Below, piece by piece: positions 48,634 to 60,469 of a stretch of DNA of 64,000 bases. The notes below the pieces were generated by a model that saw only the letters and a list, made by a program, of their open reading frames with translations, did not search any database and had not been told where the DNA came from. Both the position numbers and the translations under genes were made by a program. This DNA comes from an uncultured Chloroflexia bacterium (GTDB lineage: Bacteria; Chloroflexota; Anaerolineae; Anaerolineales; UBA4823). How positions within the stretch are numbered: the stretch's first letter is position 1; each line of letters begins with the position of its first letter. The stretch lies in NCBI GenBank assembly GCA_963725685.1, contig CAVRYZ010000005.1, positions 1 through 64,000 of the forward strand, given 5' to 3'.

Positions 48634-49506
48634 TTACGAATTACGATAGCCTAAGCGGGTCAGGCGGTTGGCAACGTCGTGGGTAAAGTGTTGGATACAT
48701 TCCTGTACAAAACGGATGACATCAATTTCAGGAGAGAGGATCAGGGGAGTCAGGTCCATCGCATAAGATAATCCGGTGGCCACATCCACTCCGTGGGATT
48801 CATAATAGGTCGCATTGGCACGACGGCGTCCCATCGTTGCCAGATCATAGCGTTTACCCCCGCAAATCTGGGAATCAAAAACACCCAGGAGAGAGGCTTG
48901 TAAATTCTCGTGGGAGGTGAGGTCGAAGGCGACTTTGTCACTATCTATCATCCAATCCAGGTCACGCCAGACTTCACATCCAAAAAGCTTTTCCGGGCGT
49001 TCTGCAGCAGGCAAGCTTCGGATGGCCTCAATGACCTTCAGCGCCGTACCCACATGGGTATCATGTTTGTCGGCAAGATTGTGGGTGAAAATGAATTGAG
49101 GCTGGGCAGCTTTCAAGATCTGGGTAAGATCCTCGATGGGCTGTTGGTCCGATCCATCTTTGATGGCTTTGCTGGGGTAATCCAGCAGCACCTGGGCAGC
49201 GTATTCACCGACGATGGCCGCTTTCTTTTGCTCCTTGAAGCGCACCTTGTGCATGGCATCATCAGAGTAATCTTTATACAAGTCATCCCGCGGTGAGCCG
49301 CGTCCATCGGTCATCACAACTCCGGTAAACCACAAGTCTTCATTTTGGAAACATTGCAGGATTGGCGCAGCTGCCATGATTTCGATATCGTCCTGGTGAG
49401 CGCTGATCGCCAGGTGAGTGGTGCGCCTCAGGGCTTGTTCAGCGGGCAATCCATCAGGGACAAAGATTTCGGCAGTGGAAAGGTGAAATTGCATATCACA
49501 CTCCAA
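48634..49506 (-). CDS. PIG-L/LmbE-family N-acetylglucosaminyl deacetylase
   Basis: AISAHQDDIEIM (AHPDDE-like zinc motif); HNLADKHDTH second His cluster. Confidence 0.8.
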   Translation of the reverse strand: MECDMQFHLSTAEIFVPDGLPAEQALRRTTHLAISAHQDDIEIMAAAPILQCFQNEDLWFTGVVMTDGRGSPRDDLYKDYSDDAMHKVRFKEQKKAAIVGEYAAQVLLDYPSKAIKDGSDQQPIEDLTQILKAAQPQFIFTHNLADKHDTHVGTALKVIEAIRSLPAAERPEKLFGCEVWRDLDWMIDSDKVAFDLTSHENLQASLLGVFDSQICGGKRYDLATMGRRRANATYYESHGVDVATGLSYAMDLTPLILSPEIDVIRFVQECIQHFTHDVANRLTRLGYRNS

Positions 49507-49557
49507 AGGTCTGAAACAGGATATTCAAAATATTCAGGAACAGGATTTTTAACCCGT

Positions 49558-50970
49558 TCATGCCATCTGCTCCGTTGGTTTGTATATTTCGGGTAAGCTG
49601 GCGGCGGCGATTGACTGGCCCACCCGACGATTACCCTCGTCCGGGAGTTGCACCTGCAAGCGGGCAGCAAGCTCCGGGAATTCGGCCTCCAGCACCTTGC
49701 GTGCCCCGTCCAGAATCAAGTTTCCACCCAGTCCGGATGTACACCGGCCTAAGATGAGCACATGCTTGATCTCGTAGAAGTCTGCATAGTGCGCCAGGGC
49801 GTAACCCAGGTAAACTCCCATACTCTGCCAAATCTTGACAGCGCCGGTATGTCCTGCATCCAGTTTTTCCTGGACGAATTTCAATTTCTCAGCATCAGTA
49901 ATATTGCTGGGAATTTGGATGCCGGCCCGTGGCGCCAGCCGGAAGACACATTGTTGAGAAAAATACTGTGCACCGCAGCCGATATCACCGGACCACTCAT
50001 CGATTGGTGCAGAAGGACTGTAGTCGATTGGGGCAAAAGCCAACTCATTCAACCAGCCCATGATGCGACCGTTCATATCGACATACCCAGCAGCCTGACT
50101 TGAGCCCATTGCAATTCCAAGAATGCCATTATCTTCGAGGGACATCGAGCCTGCCAGCGCGGTAACATCCCCATCGTTAATGACTTCCAGGGGTACATTC
50201 AACTCGTCACGAATACGTAGGAAGAGATTGCGGATATCGTTGAAAAGTTCAGGCGGGACGCCGCGAAAAAGGGAAGCTACCATTGGGCGGTTGTTGATGA
50301 ATATTCCAGCCGAACTACCGCCGATGGCGTCGACACGCGGCATCTTGGATGCAGCAGTTTTTAGCGCGGTAATGATCTCGTGATAATGATACTCAGGCTC
50401 AGAGTGACTGCGTGGCTCCCAGATCACTTCTTCGCTGTAAACCACACGACCGTCGATGACTGCGCTGACTTTACGATCAGAGGCACCCAGGTCAAAACCT
50501 ATCCGGCAACCTTCTAAATGTCGACCCAATGCTTCCCCCGTATCATGAGCAGGTGGTATCTGCGATGGGTGGCAAAGCTCAATGCTGAAAGCCCGTTCGT
50601 AGACCTGGTCGCTCATGAAGTGAAAATCGAAATCCCGCTTCCCACCCGGCGTGTAGCAATGTTGGAGGTATTCTCCGATACTGCGGGGCCCGCCGATATA
50701 GACTTTACTGCCACCCCGCTGCCAGATCAGGAATTTTAGGAGGCGTTCGGCATAATAAAGATTAGCGCCTGCACGCGGGTGGGTTTCTGGGAAAACCCGG
50801 GTTTCAAAGCGGGATAATTTCCCCGTAGCTCTTTCCAGACCAAAGACGAGCGGCACACTTACATTAAGGGCTTCTTTTTCGATGGCGCGATTTGCTAAGA
50901 CAGCGGGACGAAACTCATCATCCATTGGCGGTACAAATTGGGGTTTGATCAGATTAAACTGATCAGACAC
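49558..50970 (-). CDS. ROK/BadF-type sugar kinase-like ATPase with ~170-aa N-terminal extension
   Basis: GFDLGASDRKVSAVIDGRVV (phosphate-1), EVINDGDVTALAG (ROK-like), GIAMGSSQAAGYV; lacks the ROK Zn motif. Confidence 0.7.
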   Translation of the reverse strand: MSDQFNLIKPQFVPPMDDEFRPAVLANRAIEKEALNVSVPLVFGLERATGKLSRFETRVFPETHPRAGANLYYAERLLKFLIWQRGGSKVYIGGPRSIGEYLQHCYTPGGKRDFDFHFMSDQVYERAFSIELCHPSQIPPAHDTGEALGRHLEGCRIGFDLGASDRKVSAVIDGRVVYSEEVIWEPRSHSEPEYHYHEIITALKTAASKMPRVDAIGGSSAGIFINNRPMVASLFRGVPPELFNDIRNLFLRIRDELNVPLEVINDGDVTALAGSMSLEDNGILGIAMGSSQAAGYVDMNGRIMGWLNELAFAPIDYSPSAPIDEWSGDIGCGAQYFSQQCVFRLAPRAGIQIPSNITDAEKLKFVQEKLDAGHTGAVKIWQSMGVYLGYALAHYADFYEIKHVLILGRCTSGLGGNLILDGARKVLEAEFPELAARLQVQLPDEGNRRVGQSIAAASLPEIYKPTEQMA

Positions 50971-51006
50971 AGAATTCAGGCCTCAGGGACAAGTCTGTAT
51001 ACCTCC

Positions 51007-52212
51007 TCAGTTGCGTGACAGTCGCGAAGTAAATAGCAGTGAATAATTATTCGCCAACATTGCCGAAGCTCCCAGGATGACGTTGTTCTCTCCCAATTGT
51101 CCAATCTCTATCCGTGTTTCTTGCGCTAACCTGGAGAGTGTCGCTTGAGAAACGATCCCTTGGATCACTTCAAGCCAGGGTTGGCCGAAACGAGTCATGT
51201 CACCTGTGAGCACGATTTTTTGAATATCGAGCGCGCCGACTAGGCTGGAGATAGCCATACCCATGTAGCGTGCAGTTTCCAGAACTGCCTGGTGAGCCAG
51301 AGGATCACCATTTTTGAAAGCCTGCTCGATCGTAGCGAGGGTAATCTCCTGCCCCGCTTTTGGTAGTTGGGTTGTTATGGATTGGGAAACGAGTAATTGA
51401 GTCCGTTTGACAAGCGCTTGAGCACTGGCAACGGTCTCGAGACAGCCACGGTTGCCGCAGCGACAAAGTTTACCGCCTTCCGGCACTACAACAACATGCC
51501 CGATTTCTCCAGCACCACCACCATCCCCATGAAACAGCTTTCCGTTGATGATTATGCCAGCGCCGATGCCATGCCTGGCATTGATGACGATCATGTTGCT
51601 TTCTGTTGCATGGCCTTGACCATAGGTATATTCACCCACTGCGGCTGCCTGGCTGTCATTCAGGATATATACTGGTAAATGGTAGCGTTCAGCCATCAAG
51701 CGGGTCAGTGGCAAATCCTTCCAGTCGAGGTTCACAGCATTGACCACTAACCCCTCGGAAATGTTCACCAGACCCGGTGTGCCTATCCCAATACCTACCA
51801 GGGGAAGACAGGAAGCTTTCATTAACCGGTCCAGGATTTCGTAAACCAGGTCCAACGCTTCATCACCATTGTTGCTGTTCACGGGAAGAGTGACTAATTC
51901 ACGAATTTTGCCGCGTAAGTTAACCATGGCACCTCGAAACTGGTTATGAGCCAGATCGAGACCGATGAGATATCTTGAGTCCTCCACAAGGCTCAGCAGA
52001 ATAGGGGATTTTCCGCCGATCGATGAGCCGATTCCGATTTCGCTGACAAGGCCTTCATCGAGGAAATCTGCCACGATATCCGAGACCGTGGTTCGGGTTA
52101 AGCTGGTGAGGCGTGAAATTTCTGCCCGGCTGATGCTGTTGTGCTCGAAGATCGTTTTTAGGACCAGGTTGCGATTATGTTCTTTCGTATGTTGGCGGGT
52201 TGCTTTTTGCAT
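51007..52212 (-). CDS. ROK-family transcriptional regulator (NagC/XylR-like)
   Basis: N-terminal HTH (ISRAEISRLTSLTRTTVSDIVADFLDEGLV), GIGIGTPGLV, Zn motif CRCGNRGCLE. Confidence 0.85.
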   Translation of the reverse strand: MQKATRQHTKEHNRNLVLKTIFEHNSISRAEISRLTSLTRTTVSDIVADFLDEGLVSEIGIGSSIGGKSPILLSLVEDSRYLIGLDLAHNQFRGAMVNLRGKIRELVTLPVNSNNGDEALDLVYEILDRLMKASCLPLVGIGIGTPGLVNISEGLVVNAVNLDWKDLPLTRLMAERYHLPVYILNDSQAAAVGEYTYGQGHATESNMIVINARHGIGAGIIINGKLFHGDGGGAGEIGHVVVVPEGGKLCRCGNRGCLETVASAQALVKRTQLLVSQSITTQLPKAGQEITLATIEQAFKNGDPLAHQAVLETARYMGMAISSLVGALDIQKIVLTGDMTRFGQPWLEVIQGIVSQATLSRLAQETRIEIGQLGENNVILGASAMLANNYSLLFTSRLSRN

Positions 52213-52641
52213 GAGCGCTGCCAGATGAGTTTGGATCGGTTGGTTTGTTAGTCCAATGGACTTACAAAGTAAAGTGTAGCAGACTTTTTACAAATGTCAA
52301 TACCCAAAACTGACCCTCGGACAAAACATCGGACAATCATCATAAACCTCTATCATTGCGAAATCCCCTTTGTTTTTGGGGAAGAAGCAAGTGCTCTTCT
52401 TGCGACGAAGCATTCTTCTACCAGACGCTTTTCAATAGGCAGACCTTGCACGATCACCACTTATAAGGTAATGTCCGAACTCTCGTCCGACCCTAAGCCA
52501 AAAAACTGATTCACATTCAAGAATTTGCACCGGACTATAGGCTCCCCTTCCCCGTTGATAATATATACCGTCTTCAATGAATGGCTTGGGGGAGAGGGTA
52601 TAATTCTTACATATCACCCATCTCCATTTTGGAGGTTCAGC

Positions 52642-55140
52642 ATGGAAACTGTAAAAACAGATACGCTCATCATGACGAATGCACAACTCCAGGCGGAATT
52701 ACTCCGCTGCGAGTATTGTGAGGAAAAGCCGTGCAAAGAGGCCTGCCCGGCCGACTGTTCACCGGCGGATTTTATCATGGCGGCGCGCCTGGGAAATATA
52801 TCGGACATTCGACGGTCGGCGGCTGAGATCATGCATGCCAACCCATTAGGTGGAGTATGCGGGATGGTCTGCCCCGACACATTGTGTATGGCCGCCTGCA
52901 CGCGCAAGAAATTCGACGGGGCAATCAATATTCCTCTGGTACAGGCGAGCATTATAGAAATGGCTAAACGCCTGGGTGGAATACCAGAATTTTCCACGCC
53001 TGAGCTGAATGGGAAGAAAGTGGCTGTCATTGGGGGAGGTCCTGCTGGATTGGGTGCGGCGGCAGCCCTGGCGCAAATGGGTTACGTGGTGGATATCTTC
53101 GAAGGCCGAAATCGGCTGGGAGGGATGATGGGCTTGATCCCTGAGCACCGGCTGGACAAGAAGGTGATCGAGACGGATATTCAATTCGTGCTGTCGTTGG
53201 GAAATATCGGCGTAAAAACGGGTTTTAAGGTTGAAGACCCCAATGAATTGCTCAAGGAAGGCTACCGCGCGGTGTGTATCACCGCCGGATTGTGGAAGCC
53301 GATCGAGCTAGGCATTCCCAATGAAGACCTGGCGATCAAGATGGTCGACTTACTGGCAAAACCATATGCCTACAAGTTTGACGGGAGGGTAGCAGTCATT
53401 GGCGGTGGTGCCACCGCCATCGATTGTGCTATCACAGCCCGGCAGCGCGGCGCATCGCATGTAGAGCTTTTCATGCTGGAAAAACTGGCCGAGATGCCGC
53501 TGACTATCAAAGAGCGCCAGGAATTGGTGGTTTTCGACGTCGAAGTGAACGGACGCATCCGGGTGAGCAAGATTATCAAGAGCGGAAAGAAAGCCAGCGG
53601 ACTCGAGACCATTAAGGTTGAGCTTCCGGAAGGGAATCCGTTCAGCCCAGCAAATGTGGGTGACATACCCGCTTCGGAGGCAATCCGTACAGGCTTTACT
53701 GCGGTGGTTATCGCGATCGGGATGCGCGCGGCGTTGCCTCGCCAGCAAGCTGAAGACCTGTTTTACGCCGGTGACATGTTGACGGGACCCAAGACGGTTG
53801 TCCAGGCTGTCGCGTCAGGCAAGAACGCAGCCCTTGAGATCGATGCCTACTTAAAAAGTGAGCCGAAACCGGTGATCGAAAAGCCAATCAAGTCGTATTA
53901 TGCCTTGCCCGGGTACAACCCGCTCCCGGTCTCACTGGGCACCGAGTTCTTCGGTCGGTCGATTATCTCCCCATATCTGATTTCTGCTTCTCCATCCACG
54001 GATGGTTTGGAGCAGATGAAGCGGGCATATGAGGCCGGTTGGGCGGGAGGCGTGATGAAAACTGCCTTTGATAACGTGCCCATCCATATCCCGGGTGAGT
54101 ACATGTTCACATACAATTCCTACACCTATGCCAATTCAGATAACGTCTCCGGTCACTCGCTTGACCGGGTGTGTCGTGAAGTGGAGCAATTGGTAAAACA
54201 GTGGCCGGAACGGCTAACGATGGCATCGACGGGTGGACCAGTGAGTGGCAACGAAGAAACTGACTCGGCCGGTTGGCAATCCAACACCCGTAAGCTGGAA
54301 GCCGCTGGCGCGATGGGCATCGAATACTCGTTATCCTGCCCGCAGGGAGGCGATGGGACGGAGGGAGCGATCGTCTCGCAAAATGCGGCCTTGACTGCCA
54401 AAATCATTGACTGGATCATGCAGGTCGGCGACCCAGACATCCCCAAGCTGTTCAAGCTGACGGCGGCAGTGACGTCTATCGCACCCATCCTGCGCGCAAT
54501 CCGCAAGGTGCTGGATAAATACCCGGATAAGAAAGCTGGAATCACCCTGGCGAACTCATTCCCCACCCTGGCATTCCGCCCGGCGATGGGTCGCAGTTGG
54601 GATGAGGGGGTGATCGTGGGGATGAGCGGGGAGGGTGTTACCCCGATCTCGTACCTGACGCTGGCGCAGGCGGTGCCGGAAGGGATCGAAATTTCGGGTA
54701 ACGGTGGACCGATGAATTACAAAGCTGCCATGGATTTCCTGGCCCTGGGAGTTAAAACGGTGCAGTTCTGCACCATCCTCATGAAGCAAGGTTATGGCAT
54801 TATTCATGAGCTTGAATCAGGCACTTCGTTCATGATGCAAGCACGCAGCATTCGATCGATGAAGGACCTGATTGGGATTGCCCAACCGAACCCCATCACC
54901 GACTTTATGGCGCTCACGAGTGTCAAGAAAATCTCAGAAGCCAACCACGAGTTCTGCGTTTCTTGCGGCAACTGCGCCCGCTGCCCCTACCTGGCAATCA
55001 CACTGGATGAAAAATATCTGCCGCACACCGACCCTGCCCTGTGCATCGGTTGCTCGATCTGTGCCCAAAAGTGCTTTGTGGGTGCCATCAGCATGCGGGA
55101 ACGCACTCCAGAAGAACTGGCTGTGCTGAGAGAGAATTAG
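52642..55140 (+). CDS. Fused dihydropyrimidine-dehydrogenase-like flavoprotein (PreT-like FAD/NAD(P) module + PreA/DHODH-like TIM barrel + C-terminal 2x[4Fe-4S])
   Basis: Start at ATG 52642 with GGAGG RBS. N-terminal Cys cluster (CEYCEEKPCKEACPADC). Dinucleotide fold KKVAVIGGGPAGLGAAAALAQMG and a second VAVIGGGATAIDCA. DHODH-like barrel. C-terminal CVSCGNCARCP and CIGCSICAQKC ferredoxin motifs. Confidence 0.8.
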   Translation: METVKTDTLIMTNAQLQAELLRCEYCEEKPCKEACPADCSPADFIMAARLGNISDIRRSAAEIMHANPLGGVCGMVCPDTLCMAACTRKKFDGAINIPLVQASIIEMAKRLGGIPEFSTPELNGKKVAVIGGGPAGLGAAAALAQMGYVVDIFEGRNRLGGMMGLIPEHRLDKKVIETDIQFVLSLGNIGVKTGFKVEDPNELLKEGYRAVCITAGLWKPIELGIPNEDLAIKMVDLLAKPYAYKFDGRVAVIGGGATAIDCAITARQRGASHVELFMLEKLAEMPLTIKERQELVVFDVEVNGRIRVSKIIKSGKKASGLETIKVELPEGNPFSPANVGDIPASEAIRTGFTAVVIAIGMRAALPRQQAEDLFYAGDMLTGPKTVVQAVASGKNAALEIDAYLKSEPKPVIEKPIKSYYALPGYNPLPVSLGTEFFGRSIISPYLISASPSTDGLEQMKRAYEAGWAGGVMKTAFDNVPIHIPGEYMFTYNSYTYANSDNVSGHSLDRVCREVEQLVKQWPERLTMASTGGPVSGNEETDSAGWQSNTRKLEAAGAMGIEYSLSCPQGGDGTEGAIVSQNAALTAKIIDWIMQVGDPDIPKLFKLTAAVTSIAPILRAIRKVLDKYPDKKAGITLANSFPTLAFRPAMGRSWDEGVIVGMSGEGVTPISYLTLAQAVPEGIEISGNGGPMNYKAAMDFLALGVKTVQFCTILMKQGYGIIHELESGTSFMMQARSIRSMKDLIGIAQPNPITDFMALTSVKKISEANHEFCVSCGNCARCPYLAITLDEKYLPHTDPALCIGCSICAQKCFVGAISMRERTPEELAVLREN

Positions 55141-55156
55141 TCACGAAAGGAATGTT

Positions 55157-56485
55157 ATGACTACTCGCTTTGAAAATGGAATAGTTGTCACCCTGGGAAA
55201 TAATAATCGGGTGCTGTGGGATGCCACCGTAGTCACAGAAGGGGAACGGATTGCAGCAATAGGCGATGCACAGGCGATGAAACAACGCTTCCCGGTAGCT
55301 GATGCGGTGGACTGCGCGGGGAAGATCATCTTGCCCGGTTTCATTTGCACCCACCATCACTTTTATTCCACCATGGCGCGTGGGATGAGCATCCCTGGCG
55401 AGCCAGCGGAGAACTTTGTTGAGATCCTGGAGCGGTTGTGGTGGAAAGTGGATAAGGCTTTAGACGAAGAAGACATTACCCTTTCAGCCCAGTTACCGTT
55501 GATCGATTGCATCCGCAACGGTACGACCACAGTGATCGACCACCATGCCTCTCCAGGGATGCGGGATGGCTCGTTGGACCTGATTGAGAGCGCCGTCCGC
55601 CAGGCGGGCCTCCGTGCTTCGCTGTGTTATGAGGTTTCTGATCGCAATATTATGGGTGGAGGGATCGCTGAAAACCAGCGCTTTATCAAGAAGGTAGGCA
55701 AGGGTGATGGCCAGGTTGCAGCAATGATGGGTATGCACGCCTCATTCACGCTATCCGATGCGACCATCGAGGAATGCGTGGATATTGCCAGGGCAGCTGG
55801 GGTTGGTTGTCACATCCATGTGGCCGAAGATGCCGCTGATCGTGAAGATTCGCTCAGCAAATATCATCTGCCCACTGTAGAGCGGCTGGATAAGCTTGGT
55901 GTAACCGGCGAAAAGTCCATTTTCGTGCACTGTGTTCACATTGATGAGGCTGAGATAGACATCCTGGCTGCAACCCGGACGAGCGTGGTCCACAACCCTG
56001 AATCGAACATGAACAACGCCGTCGGCGTCACACCTCTGCTCAAGCTGCTAAATAAAGGTGTTTTGGTTGGGCTTGGTACCGACGGGATGGGTTCAGATAT
56101 GCTGGTGCAGATGCGCTGTGCCTACCTGCTGCACAGGCTTGCCAACCATGATCCACGCGTGGCATTTTTAGAAGCTCCGCAGCTGCTGTTACAGAACAAT
56201 TCGGCGATTGCCGAGCGACAGTTTGGTCTGCAGTTAGGCGAAATTGCGGAAGGTAGACCTGCCGATCTTGCAATTCTAGACTACCAACCACCCACGCCAC
56301 TGAGTGAGGCAAATTTCCTTGGGCACCTCATCTTCGGGCTGGTGGATGCGGTGGTGGACACGACCGTTTGTAAAGGTAAGATCCTGATGAAGGGGAAGCA
56401 AATCCTGAGTATGGATGAGGAACGACTGGCTGCGCGTTCACGCGAATTAGCTCCCAAGATGTGGAAACGCTTGCAAGCGCTTTAG
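55157..56485 (+). CDS. Amidohydrolase-family protein (SsnA/chlorohydrolase/cytosine-deaminase-like)
   Basis: 442 aa; metal-binding HxH (GFICTHHHF), HIHVAED, HCVHI, GTDG motifs in amidohydrolase order. Confidence 0.75.
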   Translation: MTTRFENGIVVTLGNNNRVLWDATVVTEGERIAAIGDAQAMKQRFPVADAVDCAGKIILPGFICTHHHFYSTMARGMSIPGEPAENFVEILERLWWKVDKALDEEDITLSAQLPLIDCIRNGTTTVIDHHASPGMRDGSLDLIESAVRQAGLRASLCYEVSDRNIMGGGIAENQRFIKKVGKGDGQVAAMMGMHASFTLSDATIEECVDIARAAGVGCHIHVAEDAADREDSLSKYHLPTVERLDKLGVTGEKSIFVHCVHIDEAEIDILAATRTSVVHNPESNMNNAVGVTPLLKLLNKGVLVGLGTDGMGSDMLVQMRCAYLLHRLANHDPRVAFLEAPQLLLQNNSAIAERQFGLQLGEIAEGRPADLAILDYQPPTPLSEANFLGHLIFGLVDAVVDTTVCKGKILMKGKQILSMDEERLAARSRELAPKMWKRLQAL

Positions 56486-56532
56486 AAAGCCAGTCGTCAC
56501 CTGCAATCCCAAGTCTGAGAAAGGATGAATTG

Positions 56533-57525
56533 ATGGAACGCGTTGCCCTTTACCTGCAAGATACACACGACCTGCGTGACGGGCTCGATTATGTGAAGTA
56601 TGCCGAGAGTAAAGGCTTTGAAGCCGTCTGGCAGGCTGAAAGCCGGCTGGTGAGAGATGCGATTGTGCCGATGGCGGCGTATGCAGCAGTGACCGAACAC
56701 ATCAAGATTGGCTCGGGGGTGATCAACAACTGGTCGCGCAACATTGGACTGCTGGCTGCCACCTTCCTCACCCTGGATGACCTGGCTCCCAACCGCATCA
56801 TCTGCGGAATAGGCGCCTGGTGGGATCCGTTGGCGAAAAATGTGGGTATTGATCGCAAGAAACCGCTGACCGCGATGAAGGAAACGGTCACCATCCTGCG
56901 TCGCTTGTTGAACATGGAGCGGGTGACTTTCGATGGTGAATTCATCCACGTTAATGGCATCGAGCTGGACGTGGTGCATGGACGGCGTGAGCCGCGCCAT
57001 GTGCCGATTATGATTGGTGCAACAGGCGACCAGATGATGGAGCTGGCCGGTGAAATTGCCGATGGCGTGGTTTTAAATTATTGCGCACCACCTGAACATA
57101 ACGATCACACGCTGGAATTGCTTGAAAAAGGTGCGCAGAAGAGCGGCCGCAGCCTGGAGGATATCGACCGACCCCAATTGGTAGTCTGTTCAGTGGATAA
57201 CGATCATGCAGTGGCCTATGATTCCACCCGCGGTTTGCTGTGCCAGTACCTGGCCCAACAGCCGCATATTGCCAAGGCGTCGGGGGTGAGTGAAGAAATC
57301 GTCAAGCAGATCCAGGCTATATTGGGTTGGCCTGCCACCGAAGAGCAGATTGACAGGGCCAAGCACTTCGTGCCTGATGAGCTGATCGACCGCATCACTG
57401 CCTCGGGCACACCCCAGGAAGCACGCATCTGTGTGAACGAGTTTCGCAAGCACGGCTGCACCTGCCCAATTTTGTACCCGGTGTGCGGAGATGTGAAGTT
57501 GCTGGTGGATACATTTGCACCGTAA
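56533..57525 (+). CDS. Luciferase-like monooxygenase / F420- or flavin-dependent oxidoreductase family
   Basis: LLM pattern ([18 protein letters not shown]...IKIGSGVIN...). ATG at 56533 chosen (AAGGATGAA RBS) rather than GTG 56461, which overlaps the upstream gene. Confidence 0.8.
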   Translation: MERVALYLQDTHDLRDGLDYVKYAESKGFEAVWQAESRLVRDAIVPMAAYAAVTEHIKIGSGVINNWSRNIGLLAATFLTLDDLAPNRIICGIGAWWDPLAKNVGIDRKKPLTAMKETVTILRRLLNMERVTFDGEFIHVNGIELDVVHGRREPRHVPIMIGATGDQMMELAGEIADGVVLNYCAPPEHNDHTLELLEKGAQKSGRSLEDIDRPQLVVCSVDNDHAVAYDSTRGLLCQYLAQQPHIAKASGVSEEIVKQIQAILGWPATEEQIDRAKHFVPDELIDRITASGTPQEARICVNEFRKHGCTCPILYPVCGDVKLLVDTFAP

Positions 57526-57754
57526 TCCAATATTCTCAGATCGCGATCGATATAATTCGCAGTCATTTACCTCCCAAAGATCATATTTACCCGGCAGTTA
57601 TGGATGCCAGCTTCATTGCGGTGAGTGTGCATGGATATCGCTTGCCGGTTGCTGTGCGATTCTATTGAGAACACTGTAAAATAAGAGCAATTGCACCTGT
57701 TACGATTGAACGATACTGTTATTGAGATTTGGATTCTTATAGTTGGGAGGAAAC

Positions 57755-59197
57755 ATGCACATTCGTGATGAATTTGGCCTGACATTTGATGATGTTCTAT
57801 TGGTTCCACACCGTTCATCGATCCAAAGTCGTAAAGACGTCTCCACTGCATCCTGGCTCGTGCCGGGAATCCGTTTATCCATCCCCATCGTCTCTTCGAA
57901 TATGGACACGGTTACCGAAACCCGCATGGCGATTGCCATGGCTCAATTAGGTGGGATTGGGATCTTGCACCGGTTTATGAATGTTGAACAACAAGCAGAT
58001 TGTGTCGCGCGGGTGAAACGCTCTGAAAGCCTGGTAGTTGAGTCACCGCTCACCATCTCTCCTGATGCCAGTGTGAACCAAGCTCGCCAACGTATGGCTG
58101 AGAGCGATGTTGGCGGATTGGTGGTGGTGGACGAGGATAACTATCTGCTGGGAATGATCACTCACCGCGATGTTTTGCTGGCGCCAAATCAGGAAATACC
58201 CCTGAGCAAAGTAATGACCCCGCGCGATAGGCTCATTGTTGCCTTACAGGATGAAACCCTCGAGAATGCGCGCCGCAAGCTGTATGAGCACCGCATCGAA
58301 AAACTACCTCTGGTGGATGCCGAAGGGCGTTTGGCAGGGCTGATCACTGCCCAAGACATCCTAAAAATCCAGAAACATCCAGGCGCCACGAAAGACAATC
58401 GAGGGCGGCTGCGGGTTGGGGCAGCCATAGGGGCTCACCCAGAGGATTTGGAACGTGCCGCTAGCTGTGTGGCCGCGGGGGTAGATATTTTGGTGGTGGA
58501 TATTGCTCACGGACATTCAGACCATGTGATCAACATGGTGCGAAGTTTAAAACAACGCTTTCCCGGAGTACCGATCATTGCAGGCAACGTGTCCACTGCT
58601 CAAGGGGTAAAGGATTTGGTTGAAGCAGGGGCGAATGCAGTCAAAGTGGGGGTGGGTTCCGGCTCGATCTGCACGACGCGTATTGTGACCGGGTTCGGCG
58701 TTCCGCAGCTCAGTGCGATCAGCGAGTGTGCTGAAACAGGACGCGGGTTGAACGTGCCAATTATCGCCGATGGGGGCATCCGCAATTCAGGTGATATGAC
58801 CAAAGCCCTGGCTGCAGGTGCAAGCACGATCATGATCGGTGGTTTGCTGGCCGGCACGGATGAGAGTCCAGGGGCGACCATCATACGCGAAGATAGGCGT
58901 TATAAGATTGTGCGTGGGATGGCATCCATCTCTGCCAATATTGGCCGGAGGATGATGGATAAAAATGGGCTTGCAATCGAAGAATGGGGCGAAGTGGTAC
59001 CGGAAGGGGTTGAAGCTGTGGTGCCTTATAAAGGAGCTCTGGTGGACGTATTGCACCAGCTGGTGGGTGGGTTGCGCTCTGGACTAAGTTATGCTGGTGC
59101 CTGCTCAATTGAAGAGCTCTGGCAAGCTGCCGAGTTCATACGCATAACGCCCTCCGGCATGCAGGAGTCACACGCACATAATGTAGAGCTGATTTAA
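57755..59197 (+). CDS. guaB: Inosine-5'-monophosphate dehydrogenase (with CBS pair)
   Basis: [22 protein letters not shown] insert, catalytic loop [19 protein letters not shown]; GGGAGG RBS. Confidence 0.9.
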   Translation: MHIRDEFGLTFDDVLLVPHRSSIQSRKDVSTASWLVPGIRLSIPIVSSNMDTVTETRMAIAMAQLGGIGILHRFMNVEQQADCVARVKRSESLVVESPLTISPDASVNQARQRMAESDVGGLVVVDEDNYLLGMITHRDVLLAPNQEIPLSKVMTPRDRLIVALQDETLENARRKLYEHRIEKLPLVDAEGRLAGLITAQDILKIQKHPGATKDNRGRLRVGAAIGAHPEDLERAASCVAAGVDILVVDIAHGHSDHVINMVRSLKQRFPGVPIIAGNVSTAQGVKDLVEAGANAVKVGVGSGSICTTRIVTGFGVPQLSAISECAETGRGLNVPIIADGGIRNSGDMTKALAAGASTIMIGGLLAGTDESPGATIIREDRRYKIVRGMASISANIGRRMMDKNGLAIEEWGEVVPEGVEAVVPYKGALVDVLHQLVGGLRSGLSYAGACSIEELWQAAEFIRITPSGMQESHAHNVELI

Positions 59198-59437
59198 CAG
59201 GTAATCATTTGGTCCAGAAGATATTGGGTTCATGTCCACAATAGGTCACTTAATTGTGAATTTTTCACTTTAATTTATTTATGACAGATCCAGGGCGGTT
59301 GTAGGGTTTGATTTGTTTCCTAGAAATTCATTAATATTGGTAATTTTCAGCTGAAACCAAAAAAAAGCCTTAGGTTTAAAAATTGGGTTTATCCTTGAAT
59401 ACCCAACCACCGTCTGTTTCAAACCTGATTTTTTATT

Positions 59438-59466
59438 GACATGAGAGGTATCCTTTGATATATTAT
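59438..59466 (+). promoter_or_regulatory. Sigma-70-like promoter candidate upstream of the response-regulator gene
   Basis: TTGACA (59438) - 17 nt - TATATT in an AT-rich intergenic region, ~120 nt upstream of the ATG at 59589. Confidence 0.3.
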
Positions 59467-59588
59467 CCATAGACTAGTACAAAAAGAGCTCATATCAATA
59501 GTATTAAGATAATACAAATTCCCACCCCATTCCTGATTCTTGTTACTTATTCCGAAGGAATTATTGGGGGAAAATTGACCCTGGTAAT

Positions 59589-60275
59589 ATGTCTGTCTTA
59601 ACAAAAAACCCTATTCGAATTGTCATTCTTGACAACCATACCCTTTTCAGGGCTGGTTTACGTTACATAATCGAAAAACACAATGGGATGGAGGTCGTTG
59701 GTGAAACAGGCAGTTGTTGCGAAGCGCTTGAAATCATAGCGAGCCTGAAACCAGATATTATTCTACTTGAGCTGAATCTAACCGGATCATCCGATCCTGA
59801 GATGTTGTCATCGATCGTAAAGGCATCTGAAGGAATGCGGTTGATCCTCGTAACGGAGACGAATGATCCCAAGATTCATCAAAAAGCAGTTGAAGAAGGC
59901 ATCGTTGGAGTTGTATATAAGACTCAATCCCCCGAGATACTATTAAAAGCGATTGAAAAAGTTGACGCTGGTGAAGTCTGGCTGGAACGTTCACTAATTG
60001 CCAATGTACTGTCGCGCTTATCGCGGAAACAACCAAGCAGCAAAGAGGATCCAGAGCTAGAAAGTATCAACCGCCTCAGCGAGCGTGAGAAAGATGTTGT
60101 TAAATTAATTGGTCAGGGATTAAAAAACAAGAGAATTTCCACAGAATTGTGCATCAGTGAGACGACTGTGAGACATCACCTGACATCCATATACAGTAAG
60201 TTGGGGGTCTCTGATCGGTTGGAGTTATTGGTATATGCTCATCGGAATGGTTTGGTCGCTGCGCAGAAGAACTAA
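59589..60275 (+). CDS. Response regulator, NarL/FixJ family (REC + LuxR-type HTH)
   Basis: IRIVILDNHTLFRAGL receiver with Asp pocket; C-terminal LSEREKDVVKLIGQGLKNKRISTELCISETTVRHHLTSIYSKLGV. Confidence 0.9.
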   Translation: MSVLTKNPIRIVILDNHTLFRAGLRYIIEKHNGMEVVGETGSCCEALEIIASLKPDIILLELNLTGSSDPEMLSSIVKASEGMRLILVTETNDPKIHQKAVEEGIVGVVYKTQSPEILLKAIEKVDAGEVWLERSLIANVLSRLSRKQPSSKEDPELESINRLSEREKDVVKLIGQGLKNKRISTELCISETTVRHHLTSIYSKLGVSDRLELLVYAHRNGLVAAQKN

Positions 60276-60469
60276 CATAGCATAGATAATTATTGAACAC
60301 GCTCGTGCAGATGGTCGGTTTTATTCTCTTGAAGTCAGCTTGATTTTACTGTTACCTGAAAAATATTTACGATTTTATCTCGGTGCGATATTGTTATTAT
60401 CTCTGATTGTTGAAAATAATGTTCTCAACAATTATCATCAGTTAATGTAGAGGTGTAGCAAGATAATTT

